From Mobula hypostoma (Eukaryota): a stretch of DNA of 64,000 nt. This document shows positions 26,261-39,200 of this stretch, in pieces. Position 1 is the stretch's first letter. Each line of letters opens with the position of its first letter. The DNA lies in NCBI RefSeq assembly GCF_963921235.1, contig NC_086097.1:173168001-173232000 (forward strand). Direction: 5' to 3'. The translations under genes were made by a program, and so were the position numbers. The notes below the pieces were generated by a model that was not told where the DNA came from, made no database searches, and saw only the letters and a list, made by a program, of their open reading frames with translations.

Positions 26261-29200
26261 GCTTCTGCAATTAATAAGGAGAAGGTGCTTGGACCAGATG
26301 GACTACACCTTGAATTTGTCACATACATTCTAAATGATACATGGCTCAATATTTACAGCATGGTGCACAATATGTTGTGCATTAAGTTTTAAAGTCATAG
26401 GTTGTCATTTAATTTCACCTATTTATTTATAAATGAATCCAAGTTGTTCATGTTGATGATTTCATCACCCATCATAAAACCCGTGTTACAGAGAAGCACA
26501 TAAAATACACAATTCAGCTTCCTGGGATTCTGCCAGAAATGGGAACTAACTATTCAAAACAGGAGAATTTTGCTTTAGAAGCAAGAAAAAAGTCCTAGCC
26601 CAATTTCTGGGCATTTTTCTTTAAAATCACATAGTACAGGCTACATCTTGCCTCAGGAATCTTCATAAAAAGTATTTTAGTTGTGTCTGGAAAATACATT
26701 GGTTTAGGATACATTTGGTTTAATCTAAAGATTACATTTATGAAAAGAGATTGATCAGGTTGGTTCTAAGCTCACTGGAATTTCAGATGAATGCATTGAA
26801 GCACAAAAGGTTCTGAAGAGTATTGACAAAGTTGACACTGAGGGGAAACTTTCACTTCAAAACAGACAGAGATGAGGAAGAATTTCTTCTTTCAAAAGAT
26901 ATGAATCTTCACATTTCTCTGCCCCAGAGAGTCAGGAAGGGGAGTGGGGGTCATTGCATATATTCACAGTGCAGATTGACAGACATTTGAAGTGGCAGGG
27001 AGTCAAGTGGTATGGAGCAGGAGCGAGCAGCAAAATGGTGTTATAGATTGGATCAGCAATATCCTAGTGAACTGCAAAAGAAGCTTGAGGGACTGACTTA
27101 CTACTACTGTTCCAGTTTCTGCAAATGCATCTCATAATGTTCAGATTTACATACTATGATTTTATAGATTATATAAATGTTCCTTACTGGGTGTTCTACA
27201 TTAAATGATTTGAAAACATTTACTTCTTAAAATGTTCTGCTGACCAATATTCTATAAGATCAGCTGGAGTGGAACATAACTAAACAGCGTGAAGAGTAGA
27301 TGCGTTACATTTATTCATGACTCCTGGAATGTTAACCATTCATCACGTTTTTTTAATCATCATCAAAGTCACATGAGGCTTGGTAAACAGATTTGTAACA
27401 TTGTTCATCTAGGAATAATATGCATCACAATGCATGCCATCTAATTTCAATTGTAGAAATCATAAGCTCTGCAATGTACATATAATTTTCCTGGTTTTCC
27501 CGAAAAGACATGATCTGAATATACTGTATATCTAAGTAACAATTTGGTTTGTTAAATGAACTATTATTTCTCTTTTAACTACTAAGTTCATTTGAACTGT
27601 TCTCAGAAATTAGCACAAGGCAAGAGGAAAACCCATATAGCAGTTTAAATTGTTCCAGAAAAATCATGTGCATTTTATATCTGGTCCCACAGGTATTTAT
27701 AGGATGAGCCAAAAGCTCTAAAAAATAAAGTTACTAAATTGTGTAACCTCTCAGCTCCATCTGCGCCTTGTTTTCCCTCCCAATCTCTGTAACCTTTCCA
27801 ACCACAGTGCCCTCCAGGATCTAAGTGCTCCTCCTTTTCTGGCCTGTGGTGAAGCCTGATTTTGATTACACAACTACTGCCCAGGCTTCAAAAACAAATT
27901 CAGTCTTTAAATTTCTCTGCCTCACTTTCTCTCCCTCTCCTATAAGACCCTTCTTGAACAAATCTCTTCACTTTCTTTGAAAGTTTTTCTGCAAAGAAAT
28001 TGGGGGCTTCTTACAAGGACAGATGCAAGCTATTCCTATCTCAGTACAACATAACACATAAAAAAAAAATTCAGACCTGACGTTAAGACACGAATGACTG
28101 CAGATACTGGTACCTGGAGCAAAAAAAAACTGCTAGAAAAACACAGCAGGTCAAGTATCATCTGTGGAGGCAAAGGAAGTTAATTGCCTTTTGTACATCC
28201 ATCTAACCCTGACTGCAAAAATCTTAGCTGATCTTTAGGATTATGAATGCCAATTGAAATTGTTGTTAAGTTATATGAAAAGCTAATTGTAATCCAATTG
28301 TCAGAGAGTTATTACTAATGCTGTGAATCAGCCTGGAGAATGGAAACAAGTAGTGTTCACCAGGATTGGCATTACGGGTTCCGCTTTTACTTTCAAATAT
28401 TTTCTTTTAGTCCAAATTTCCTGTGTTGGGATAACGGTAGTATATTTGTGGATCATTTATTCAAGTATTGAAATGCTGATGAGAACATTAGTTCTTAACC
28501 ATGAGAATGAGCTTCTGGAATAGAACTCATATTGGTGCAGTGCATTTCGGTTGGGCATGATCATTTTAAAGGAAACGGAACTGAAACTTGTTCAGAAGGA
28601 AGAGCACACTGGCCTTATGTAAAAACAAATTCCATCCAATGCCATAACTAATGCTGAGAGTAATTCACAAACCAAATGCTGATTCTTCAACAGAGTAAAG
28701 CATATAATTTTGTGCTAGTTCAAGACCTTGTTGAGACTTCATTTTATGTTCTCCAACTAGAGTGCTGGATCTGTTCACTTCCAGTATGGGTAGACTTAAT
28801 AAAACTTGATAGTGATGATACCAGCATAATGGAGAAGGCCATGGACTAACAGCTAGACCTGGGTGACTGATCCTGAGATATTCACTCAACTACTACTACA
28901 CTAGGAGAGTAACTTAAACTCAGTAGCTGAATCCATCTCTAACTTAAAATGACCTAGATTCAGGAAAAACAACCATGAAGTCACTGAACTGTCATAAAAC
29001 CCATCTAACTCACTAATGTCCTTCAGGGTTAGAAATCTGCCATCCTTCTTCTGTCTGGCATATCTGTCAGAGATTTGTCAGTATAAACTACTTCTTCAAT
29101 TCAGCGGCAATAAGAGATTGATAGTAAATGGTGGGATTGCCAATGGCGACAATGCTGCAAATGAATAAATACATTAAAAATCATTGAAGGCCAGATTGCA

Positions 29201-30477
29201 GTTTAGTTGGAGGACATTTTCAACTTGATTAATGTGACCGCTGGTCATCTTCTATGTTTTATGCAAGAAGAAAACTAGGTTACATGTTAGAGCATCCTTC
29301 TTTTCCAAAGATACAGCTAATTATTAAAGGTTAATGTTGATTTATTTTGTTGAGATTGACAAAAGATTATTTTCCACAATCAATCAAAGAAATACCAGGT
29401 CATGTGTGCACAGTTAATATAAACCCCAGGTGAGTTGAAAAATCAAGATTCAAGAATTTTTTGGACTGAATTTCACTTTGTATCTTTCCAGTCAGATGTT
29501 CCCCTCTTCTGCATGCAGAAATGGGGAACATCCAACTGGAACCATGTGATTTGGTAAAGTTGATCTTTTTTCAAAATGCCAATAATACTCACATTTTTTA
29601 AAATATAGTCAAGACTAAAACAACAAATCATAGTAATAGTAAGCTCATACAAATTCTGATTTTGATGGGAATCACATTCATTAGAAAAATATAATTGTTT
29701 AGTTTTGATTAACTAAACTGTGCTCCATTTCATATTTAAATATACAGAACAAAGGGAGCTCACTGGTCAAATTGCTAAGTGAAGGTCTCTAAAAAGGTAT
29801 GTTATACTGACAGACACTGGCCTGGAGGCATTATCATGAGTGCTCTGCTACTCCTATGCATCCATCCAAAGTCAAAAAACAGGGGGGAAAAAAACCCTGA
29901 TTAGCAATGTGTCCTTAATCAGAGTAAGGGAAAAGAAAATCACAAGCCGGCACGCTGCCAACTGCAAAATGCTGTGGAAATCCACAATTAACCGTGCACA
30001 GATCTTGGAATGTAGTGTTTAAAAGAATGGTGGAAACAGATTCAGCAATAATCCTGCAAAGAGAACTTAATAAATATACAGAGACAGAAGATACTGCAGA
30101 TGCTGGAAACCTGGATCAACCTACAAAAGAACTGAAGGAATTTAGTGGCTCAGGCAGCATCTATAAAGGGAAGCAGACAGTTGACATTTCAGATCGAGAA
30201 CCTTGTCTGGACTCATTTGTGTATTGCTCCAGATTTCCAGTATCTGTAGTTTCCCATGACTCCATTTCGCTGCTCTAAGACAAAGCCCCTTCAAGGAATG
30301 CCTACCTTGAAGAAGATTTCTTCCTCCCTTTGACAGGAGCTCTGTGAGAACCCCTCCCACTGCTCCCCTTTGTGAAGTCCTAATAAAGGGTCTCAACTAG
30401 AAATGTTGACTGTCCATTTCCTTCCATAGATGCTGCCTGTCCCCAGTTCCTCCAACACCTTTGTGTGCTAATAAATA

Positions 30478-32354
30478 CAGTGCCTATAAAAAGAATTTAC
30501 CATTCCTCCCCACCCCGCCCCCTGGAGGTTTTCATGCTTCATTGCTTTATAACATTGAATCACAGTGGTTTGTTTTGACTTGGATCAACAGAAAAAGACT
30601 CTTTTGTGTCAAAGGTGGAAACACATCTCTACAAAGTGATCTAAATTAATTACAAATATAGAATGCAAAACAATAGATTGCATAAGTATTCATCTCCTTT
30701 AATATGACACACCAAATCATCACTTGTGCATCCAACTGGTTTAAGCAGTCAAGGTATTGATTGTAGTAAAAATACAGCTGTATCTGGGAAGTCCAAATGC
30801 TGGTGAGTCAGTATAATGGCAGAAACTACACCATGAAGACAAAACACTCCAAGCAATTCCACTGAAAGGTTATTGAAAAGCACAAGTCAGGAGATGGATA
30901 AAAGAAAATTTCCAAATCACTGAATATCCCTTGGAGTACAGTTAAGTCAGTCATCAAGAAATGGAAAGAATATGGCACAGCTGTAAATCTGCCCAGAGCA
31001 GGCCATCTTCAAAAACTGAGTGACTGTGCAAGAAGGGAACTAGTGAGGGAGGCCACCAAGAAATTTATGATAACTCTGGAGGAGTTACAAGCTTCAGAAG
31101 CTGAGATGGAAGAAACTGTGCATACAATAGCTTTTGCTCAGGGTTTTCACCAGTCACATAGGAGAGTGGCAAAAAGAAAGCCATATTTAGCAAAAAAAAT
31201 ATGAAATCTCAGCTTGAGTTTGCCAGAAAGTATGTGAGAGACTCGGAAGTCAGCTGGAAGAAGGTTCTATGGTCTGAGGAAACCAAATTTGAGTATTTTG
31301 GCCATCAGACTAAATGCTACGTTTGGTGCAAGTGCAACACCACACATCATCAAAAACACACCATCCCCGCCGTGAAGTATGGTGGCGGCTGCACCATGCT
31401 GTGAGGATGCTACATAATGTACTGGTTGGGGACAGGAGTACATTCAGCCAGAGACTCATTCCACTGAGATGCAACACAGAGCGTCATAGGAAGTCATTCT
31501 TGCCTGTGGCCATCAAACTTTACAACTCCTCCCTTGGAGGGTCAGACACCCTGAGCTGGTCCTGGACTTATTTCCGGGCATAATTTACATATTACTATTT
31601 AACTATTTATGGTTTTATTACTATTTAATTATTTATGGTGCAACTGTAACGAAAACCAATTTCCCCCGGGATCAATAAAGTATGACTATGACTATGACTA
31701 TGCTTCACTGCAGCAGACCCTGGAAGGCTTGTGAAGGTACAGGGTAAAATGAATGCAGCAAACTACAGGGAAATGCTGGAGAAAAACCTGATGCAGTCTG
31801 CAAGAGAACTGCAATGAGGGAGATGATTTGTTTTCCAGCAGACAATGACCCCAAGCGTAAAGCGAAAACTACGCAAGAATGGCTTAAAAACAACAAATTT
31901 AATATCCTGGAGTGGCCAAGTCAGAGTCCAGACCACAAACCAATTGAGAATTTGTGGCTGCAGTTGAAAAGGGCTGTTCACTCACGATCCGCTACGCAAC
32001 CTGCCAAAGCTTGAGCAGTTTTGCAAAGAAAAATGGGGAAAATTTGCAGTGTGCAGATGTGCAAAGCTGATAGAGACCTATCCACACAGACTCAAGGCTG
32101 TAATTGCTGCCAAAGGTGCATCTACTAAATACTCATTTGAAGGAGGTGAGTAACTATGGCAATCAATTATTTTCTGTGTAATAATAGGAATAAATTTAGA
32201 CCCATTCGGAGAAATTTGTTTTCATTTTGATACGAAACAGTTTTTTCTGTTGATCGGTGTAAAAAAAGCTAAATTAAATCCACTGTGATTCAATGTTGTA
32301 AAACAATAAAACATGAAAACTTCCAAGGGGGATGAATACTTTTTATAGGCACTG
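30478..32354 (+). mobile_element. Tc1-family DNA transposon (Passport-like), defective transposase
   Basis: TA|cagtgcctataaaaag ... ctttttataggcactg|TA long inverted ends. Transposase starts at ATG 30833 (MKTK..KKISKSLNIPWSTVKSVIKKWKEYG) with WSEETK, DNDPK and WPSQSPD motifs; stops and frameshifts present. Confidence 0.92.
31412..31699 (+). mobile_element. Rex1/Babar 3' fragment inserted in the Tc1 transposase
   Basis: Near-identical to 19563-19860; (atgact)n tail; TSD atgct at 31407-31411 and 31700-31704. Confidence 0.92.
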
Positions 32355-32629
32355 TATATGGATGGGGGAAGAAAATCTCTGGTATGAACTGGCTTGAATG
32401 AATGGGATCTCAAAGATTCAGCACTGGTAATACAGACTGAAGGACCAGCAATACTACGTGACTCTAAACATGGGCAATAAGTCTGGACCTCTCGCCTTCT
32501 CTTCTCCTGAAAACCAGTTCAAATATTGTCTCCAGGTCACAGTATGTTCAACATTCCTAGCCAGATATACAGGGAAGTTAGGTGGGAATGTCGTTGAAAT
32601 ATAAAGATATGAATGGCACATAGATGAGG

Positions 32630-32950
32630 ACAGCACAATAGCAAGGCGGCTAATATGACGCTATACAGCACCAGTAAACTGGGTTCAATTCCCAACACTG
32701 TCTGTAAGTGTTTGTATGTTCTTCCCATTACTACGTGGGCTTCCTCTAGGTGCTTCAATTTCCTTCCACATTCCAAAGGTGTACAGATTATGGCTGGTGA
32801 ATTGTGAGCATGCTAGGTTGGCGCTGGAAGAATGGCGACACTTGAAGGCTGCCCAACACGATCCTCACTAACGTGATTTGATGCAGAACAACACATTTCA
32901 CTTATTGTTTCGATGTAGGTGTGACAAATAAAACTAATCTTTAATCTTTA
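32630..32950 (+). mobile_element. tRNA-derived SINE (V-SINE-like) with LINE-type tail
   Basis: B-box gggttcaattcc, central tttgtatgttcttccc..gtgggcttcctc..ccacattccaaag, tail gtgacaaataaaactaatctttaatcttt. Confidence 0.7.
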
Positions 32951-33253
32951 GATATCCAGGATGGCATTGTGCATCATCCAGGCGTGTATAATACATAATT
33001 GCATTCATGTGAAATAGACTCCTCAGTGTCAAAACCTCCCTAACAGCAAAAATTACCTAATGTATCAAAATCATGGCCACTGTAAATATTTAATTCAACT
33101 TTTTCTTGTTACATTGCTATTCCTTTTCAGGTTGTATTTGCACAGAATTTACTGTAGAGAATCTGGCAATCTGACCTAAGCAATCCATGGTAATGTGACA
33201 TGGCCACTCCCCTCACACTGCTTTATCCTTTTTGCACATTCAGCTGATCCTTT

Positions 33254-33571
33254 TATTATTTTATAGGCATCCGTTAGTCTCGTGAGACCATGAATTTATG
33301 CCTTGGAAGGTTTCCAGGGCGTAGGCCTGGGCAAGGTTATATGGAAGACTGGCAGTTGCCCATGCTGCAAATCTTCCCATTCCACGCCACTGATGTTGTC
33401 CAAGGGAAGGGCATTAGGACCCATACAGTTTGGCACCAGTGTCGTCGCAGAGCAATATGTGGTTAAGTGCCTTGCTCAAGGACACAACACGTGGCCTCAG
33501 CCAAGGCTCGAACTAGCGACCTTCAGATCACTAGACGAACGCCTTAACCACTTGGCTACGCGCCAACACAA
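33254..33571 (-). mobile_element. Full-length tRNA-derived SINE with 12-bp TSD
   Basis: Minus-strand head GGCGCGTAGCCAAGTGGTTAAGGCG..GTTCGAGCC (A/B boxes); CORE-like tgtgtccttgagcaaggcacttaacc; TSD agctgatccttt at 33242-33253 and 33572-33583. Confidence 0.88.
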
Positions 33572-33883
33572 AGCTGATCCTTTATGCATTTAACTACTCC
33601 TTAAAAACATCTCAACTACCCATTTGACAGTGAGTTCCTCAGTCTAACCACTCTCTGTTCAAGACACTTCTCCCAAATTGGAATGCTGCCAAGCAAAACG
33701 TTAATTCCTATACATTAAGGAAGAAAAAGAAAGATTAGTGCACAATACTAAAGTGAAGTACCGTAACAACAAATTGTGTCTTGAGCTTCTGATTCTACAG
33801 AGTTTACAAAAAGGCAGCTGTGGGGGTACTGGAGAGGGGGAGTGCAGATCTATAAGCCTGCTGCAAACTGGCCTATTTTATTG

Positions 33884-34033
33884 GCAACACACATAAAAGT
33901 TGCTGGTGAACGCAGCAGGCCAGGCAGCACCTCTAGGAAGAGGTACAATCGACCTCCTTGGCCTGCTGCATTCACCAGTAACTTTTATGTGTGTTGCTTG
34001 AAATTCCAGCATCTGCAGATTTCCTCATGTTTG
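33884..34033. repeat. Fold-back (inverted) derivative of a Penelope-like element terminus
   Basis: 39-bp arms at 33884-33922 and 33959-33997 (37/39 complementary); sequence matches 56945-57007. Confidence 0.8.
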
Positions 34034-34721
34034 CTATTTTATTGGCACTTCACTGACTTGCATGCCAGGAATGCAGTTCAAGCAGTTTTTTTGCTTTCTG
34101 TAGGCAAATTCTGGGATGAGAATTCATCTCAGAGGAGTCAACAATTCCGTTCATGCAGTTTTCCAAAATGTGGGCATTAATTACCGGTCAATTGTTTACT
34201 GCCCTTAGCCAAATGTCTTTGGGATGGCACTGTAGAGCTACTTTCTTAAATCACAGGATGCTTGTACTGAAGATAGATCCATGGTGCTTTTCCATAGAGT
34301 TCTGGGATTGAAACCAGGGACAGGGAAAGAATATTCCCATACAAGGATGGTGCACAACTCTGACAAAACCTTCAGGAGGTGGCTAACCTTGTCCTCTTGA
34401 TAGTAGAGTCACGGAAGTCTACCAAGTACAATCTTTTAAAGGAGATAATGACTATTTTAAAAAGGAAGCGAAAGATAATCTGGCTTCAGAGGGAGATAGG
34501 GAGAGAGCAGTACAAACTTCACCCAACATAAATCATATCTAAGAAACTTAAATATAACAAGCAGTCTATATAGATTGAGTTTGTATTCACTTGATTTTAC
34601 AAGGTTGAGAGGTGGTCTGATTGAGGCATTAAAAATGGCAATCAAATTCCACAGAAAAGATCTAGGCAAACTATTTCCTCCAGGAGATAACAAAAGGAGC
34701 ATTTACTTTTATGTCCTAAGT

Positions 34722-34946
34722 CAGTGGTCCCCAACCACCGGGCCGCAAAGCATGTGCTACCGGGATGTGAGGAAACGATATGGTTTGGTGATATGAAACG
34801 ATACGAGTCAGCTGCACCTTTCCTCATTCCCTGTCACACACTGTTGAAATTGAACACCACCGCCCCCCCCGCCCCCGTCAGCCGGTCCGTAAGAATATTG
34901 TCAGTATTAAACCGGTACGCGGTGCAAAAAAGGTTGGGGACCCCTG
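34722..34946. mobile_element. hAT-type (Charlie/MER1-like) MITE
   Basis: TIRs cagtggtccccaacc / ggttggggacccctg; 8-bp TSD tcctaagt / tcttaagt; CpG-rich interior suggests it is young. Confidence 0.88.
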
Positions 34947-37900
34947 TCTTAAGTGTATCTGATGGAGTTGAGCAGAGTTATACAGAAACTTCAACATTGG
35001 AAATAGATAGATAGAGTTATAGAGAGTCAGAGAGTCATAAATAAATGGTCCAGGCCAACCAAAGCACCCATCTAATTGATTTAATTTACCACATTTGGCC
35101 CATACTTCTCTAAACCTTGATATCTATGTGCCTCTGCAGGTTGTTAATGTACCATTTCTGACAGATCATTCTATATACATACAACCTCGGGGGAAAAGTT
35201 GCCCTTCAGATTCCTATAAAATCTCTCTCCTCTCATCTTAAACCTATGCCCCTGGAAAAAAATGCACATAATCATCCTTTGCCACTCATGATTTTATACA
35301 CCACTCAGTCTCTTATACACCAATGAATAAAGATCCAATCTGCTCAACATCTCTCCATAACTCAGTCACTCAAGTCACAGCAGCACCTTCAGAAACCTCC
35401 TCTATACTCTCTGCAGCTTAATGGCATTCTTTCTGTAGCATGGTGACCAAAACTGAACACAGTATCCCAAATACAATCTCAACAACATCTACAACTGCAC
35501 CCTAACGTCCCAACTTCTTTACTCATGCCTTGTTTGATGAAGGCCAGCATGCTATTTGTGATTGAACTTTCAGGATAGTTAAAGACGAAAATTTAGTGGC
35601 TCAGGAGAAAAGCACAGGGTAAAAGAAATAAATGGGATGGCAAAGAGGAAATGCTGGCACAATATGCTGCAAAAGTCTTTCTGTGCTGGATCTTTCTATG
35701 CTACTTTATTGGTAGGATTGGGGAAAATTACAATTTTAATACTAGAGCCAGACATTTGTTTTTCAATATGAAAAGTCGAAATATGAAAATTTCCAATTAA
35801 AAGGGACAGAAGGATATCAAGCGGAATAAAGCAAAGATACAAATAAACCATAATCTAATTGAATGAGCAAACAGATACAAAGTACTGAATGGCTTATCCT
35901 GTTTCCCCCTAACCCTTCATAACTTGGTATCAAATGGTCATCCTGCTTTCCACTTTGGAAACTTACGCTACATTAATACTGGCTTTTCCTGCAAGTTGTT
36001 ATTCCTAATGCGTGGTATTAAAAAGTAAAATTAACACTGTCTCTTTTAATGTAGTACCTTTAAATATTTCCCACTCTAAGAGAAATAAAAGGTATGAAAG
36101 ATACTTTCAAAATAGGATGGAGATTGAGAACAAAGTGAGACAGAGTGAGGACAAGGTGATGATGACCTCTACAATAGTAGCTAAGCTCCCCAGAATCCAA
36201 GTCACAAAAACAGAAAAAAAGTAGAGATTTAAGAAAGTTATGGATGAAAGAAGGAGTGAAGCCAATATAAAGGAGATTGTACATGAGACACCAATGTGCA
36301 AAGGGCAAATAAAGATGACTGAAAAACATATAACTGCTTTCAATTTCAGCATGGGGTGAACATGACGGGTTCAACAGAAGATGAAGTCAAAGATATTAAA
36401 AGTGTTAGTAAATAATGTTGCATATGTAATAACAGAAGTGAGTTGTGCTTCCCAAGAGAGTGACCTGATGGGACAAATAATATCTGCAAAGATAATTAGC
36501 ACAATTTTTAATGCAAAAAATTGTAACATCACTATCCAGAGGGCAGATGGATAACTCTCTCTGAAGTTTCTCAAACTTGATATAAAACATTTAGGTTTTA
36601 GCTCAAGATCTTTGAGCACTGGCAAGTCTGTCATGTCTGCAATGTTAATCACTGGTGTTAGTCATGTCTTCAGCCTCTTGGTTTCCTAAGGAGATAATAA
36701 ATTCATCACCATTATTATGTGCCGTGTCGTACAACATGGGCGATTGTGGTCTTTGACCACAATTGTTCTTGACAAATTATTTTACAGAACTGGTTTACCA
36801 TTGCCTTCTTCTGGACAGTACCTTTACACGAATGAGCGGTTACATTTTGCTACATCATAAATGGCTTTGACCGCTAGTCTGCACAATTATAGAGTATTCA
36901 ACACTTCCCAGCGACATCAATATGATAAAACTCATTTTAACTGATGATATTTGGAGATGTGTTGATTTATTATTGATGTTACACTCTAACACAATACACT
37001 AAAGAGATCTGTTGCATAAAAGTCTTTCTATTAAACAGGATTTTCTTTCATTATGGTTGAGTCTACACAAGCTCAACATTACTCTGAAGTGGCTGCTGCT
37101 GAGAATGTAGTTATGTGGTAAGAGCATAATACTATATTTTTGTTTTAATGGTTCAAATGCTTCTTGAATCACTAAACTATTTCCATTTAACATTAAAAGC
37201 ATTACATTTACTAAAGCTTTCAGTGGTTTTTGCAGATATTTCCTCAGCAATACTGAATTACCTTCACAAATGTTCATGTTTAACATGTTGGTGTCATCTG
37301 ATCTATATAATAACTAAATATCTGACAAACTTACTGAAGCTCAATGCTATCAATTCACTTTTCTCACAAAGGAATAGCTCTTGAACTGATTGTAGTGATG
37401 CCAGCAGAGAATTAGGAATCTTTTACATTTCTAATAGCTACCTCTTTCCACAATCTATCTGATCAGTATGGTTTACATATCCTGGGAAAGATTTCAGAGA
37501 ATATACGGTGTTTTGACAAAATGCTTCAGCTTATAAGTTCTTTCTTTCATACATGTAGCCAACATGGTCTCAACACAAATTTGTAACATATTTGTCTCCA
37601 ATTAATTAATTAACTATTGCTTTTCACTGCAAAAACTAACTCCTGTAAAGCATGGCAGCAGGAAAATACTAACATTATATGTGATTACAATTTTACTGAG
37701 TAAACAGTCAATAAAGAAATACATTAAGTATAGAAGTGACACAAAACCTCTACTTTGATGCATTAATTTAACTGCATATCGAACTTTGCAGAATTATTTA
37801 TGTATAAAGTCAGGGTACTGTAAGGAAACAAGCCCTTTGACTCACCAAGACCACACTAACTGTCAATCACCATTTTACCCTTATCTGGCATTAATCTCAT

Positions 37901-37984
37901 TATTAAAAATCCTCTCTACATTCTAATCAACCGTCCCCCTGTGCTAATCAATTGGCCGGAGTGTTCACCATTATCTTTAGCCTC

Positions 37985-39200
37985 TCGCATTGGCAGTCTG
38001 ATGTACCCACCTTCTTCAAGCAGGCTTTAATTACACCAGTGTCATGTGGTAATCTGCCTCAGTGACCATTGACCAGTAGCACTTACATCCACTATGATAA
38101 AGTGCTTTGAGAGATTGATGTTGAAACATATCAACATCAGCCTGAGAAACGATTTGGATCTGCTCTAATTTGACTATTCTCACAACAAGTCAAAAGCAGA
38201 TGTTACTTCATTGGCTCTTTACCCAACCCGGGAACATCTGGACAGCAAAGATGCATATATCAGGATGCTCTTCATTGACTCCAGCTCAGCATTCAATACT
38301 ATCATCTCTTCAAGACTAACAAATAAGTTTCAAGAACTAGGCCTCAATACCTCCATGTGCAACTGGATCCTTGATTTCCTCACTTGCTGATCCAGTCAGT
38401 TCAGATTGTTAAGAACATCTCCTCCACAATCACCATCAGCACAGTTGCACCATAAGGCTGTGTACTTAGCCCCCTGCTCTACTCACTTTATACTTATCAC
38501 TGTGTGGCTAAGCATAGTTCCAATGCCATAATTAAGTTTAGTGATGACACAACTGTCACTGACCAAATCAAAGGTGGTGATGAATCAGCACAGAGGAGGG
38601 AGATCAAAGAGCTGATTATTAACTTCAGGAGGAAGAAACCTGAGGTCCATTAGCCAGTCCTCATGAAGGCATCAGAGGTGGAGACGGTCAGCAAATTTAA
38701 ATTCCTCAGTGTTATCATTTTGGAGGATCTCTTCTGGGTCCAGCATGTAACATAGCAGTGCCTCTACTTCCTTAGAAGTTTACTAAGATTCAGCATCACA
38801 TCTAAAACTTCTATAGATGTGTGGTTGCATCACGGTCTGGTATGAAAACACCAATGCCTTTGAACAGAAAAGCCCACAAAAAGTAGTGGATATGGCCCAG
38901 ACCATCACAGGAAAAGCCCTCCCCACCACAGAGCACATCTTCATGGGGTGTTCTCACAGAAAAGCTACATCCAACATCAAGAAACCCACCATCCAGGCCA
39001 TGCTCTCTTCTCGCTGCTGCCCTCAGGAGCTTCCAGCTCTCATCACGAGTTTCAGGAGCGGGTATTACCCATCAATCATCAGGCTCTTGAACAAGAAGGG
39101 ATAACTTCACTCACCCCCATCACTGAGTTATTTCAACAACCTATGGACTCACATCATCTCATGTTCTTGATATGTATTGCTTATTTATTTAACTTTGTGC
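37985..39200 (+). mobile_element. Degenerate Rex1/Babar LINE
   Basis: caggatgctcttcattgactccagctcagcattcaatact ([12 protein letters not shown]), cttagccccctgctctactc, HHPGHALFSLLPSG; many stops. Confidence 0.85.

Noticed and set aside
33500..33569. tRNA gene candidates here and at about 58895-58966
   Set aside because: They are SINE heads attached to SINE bodies with TSDs and lack a full cloverleaf acceptor stem.
36005..36685. Mitochondrial insertion (NUMT) explanation for the TGA-only frame
   Set aside because: The frame contains AGA/AGG codons, which are stops in the vertebrate mitochondrial code, and shows no recognisable mitochondrial protein motif.
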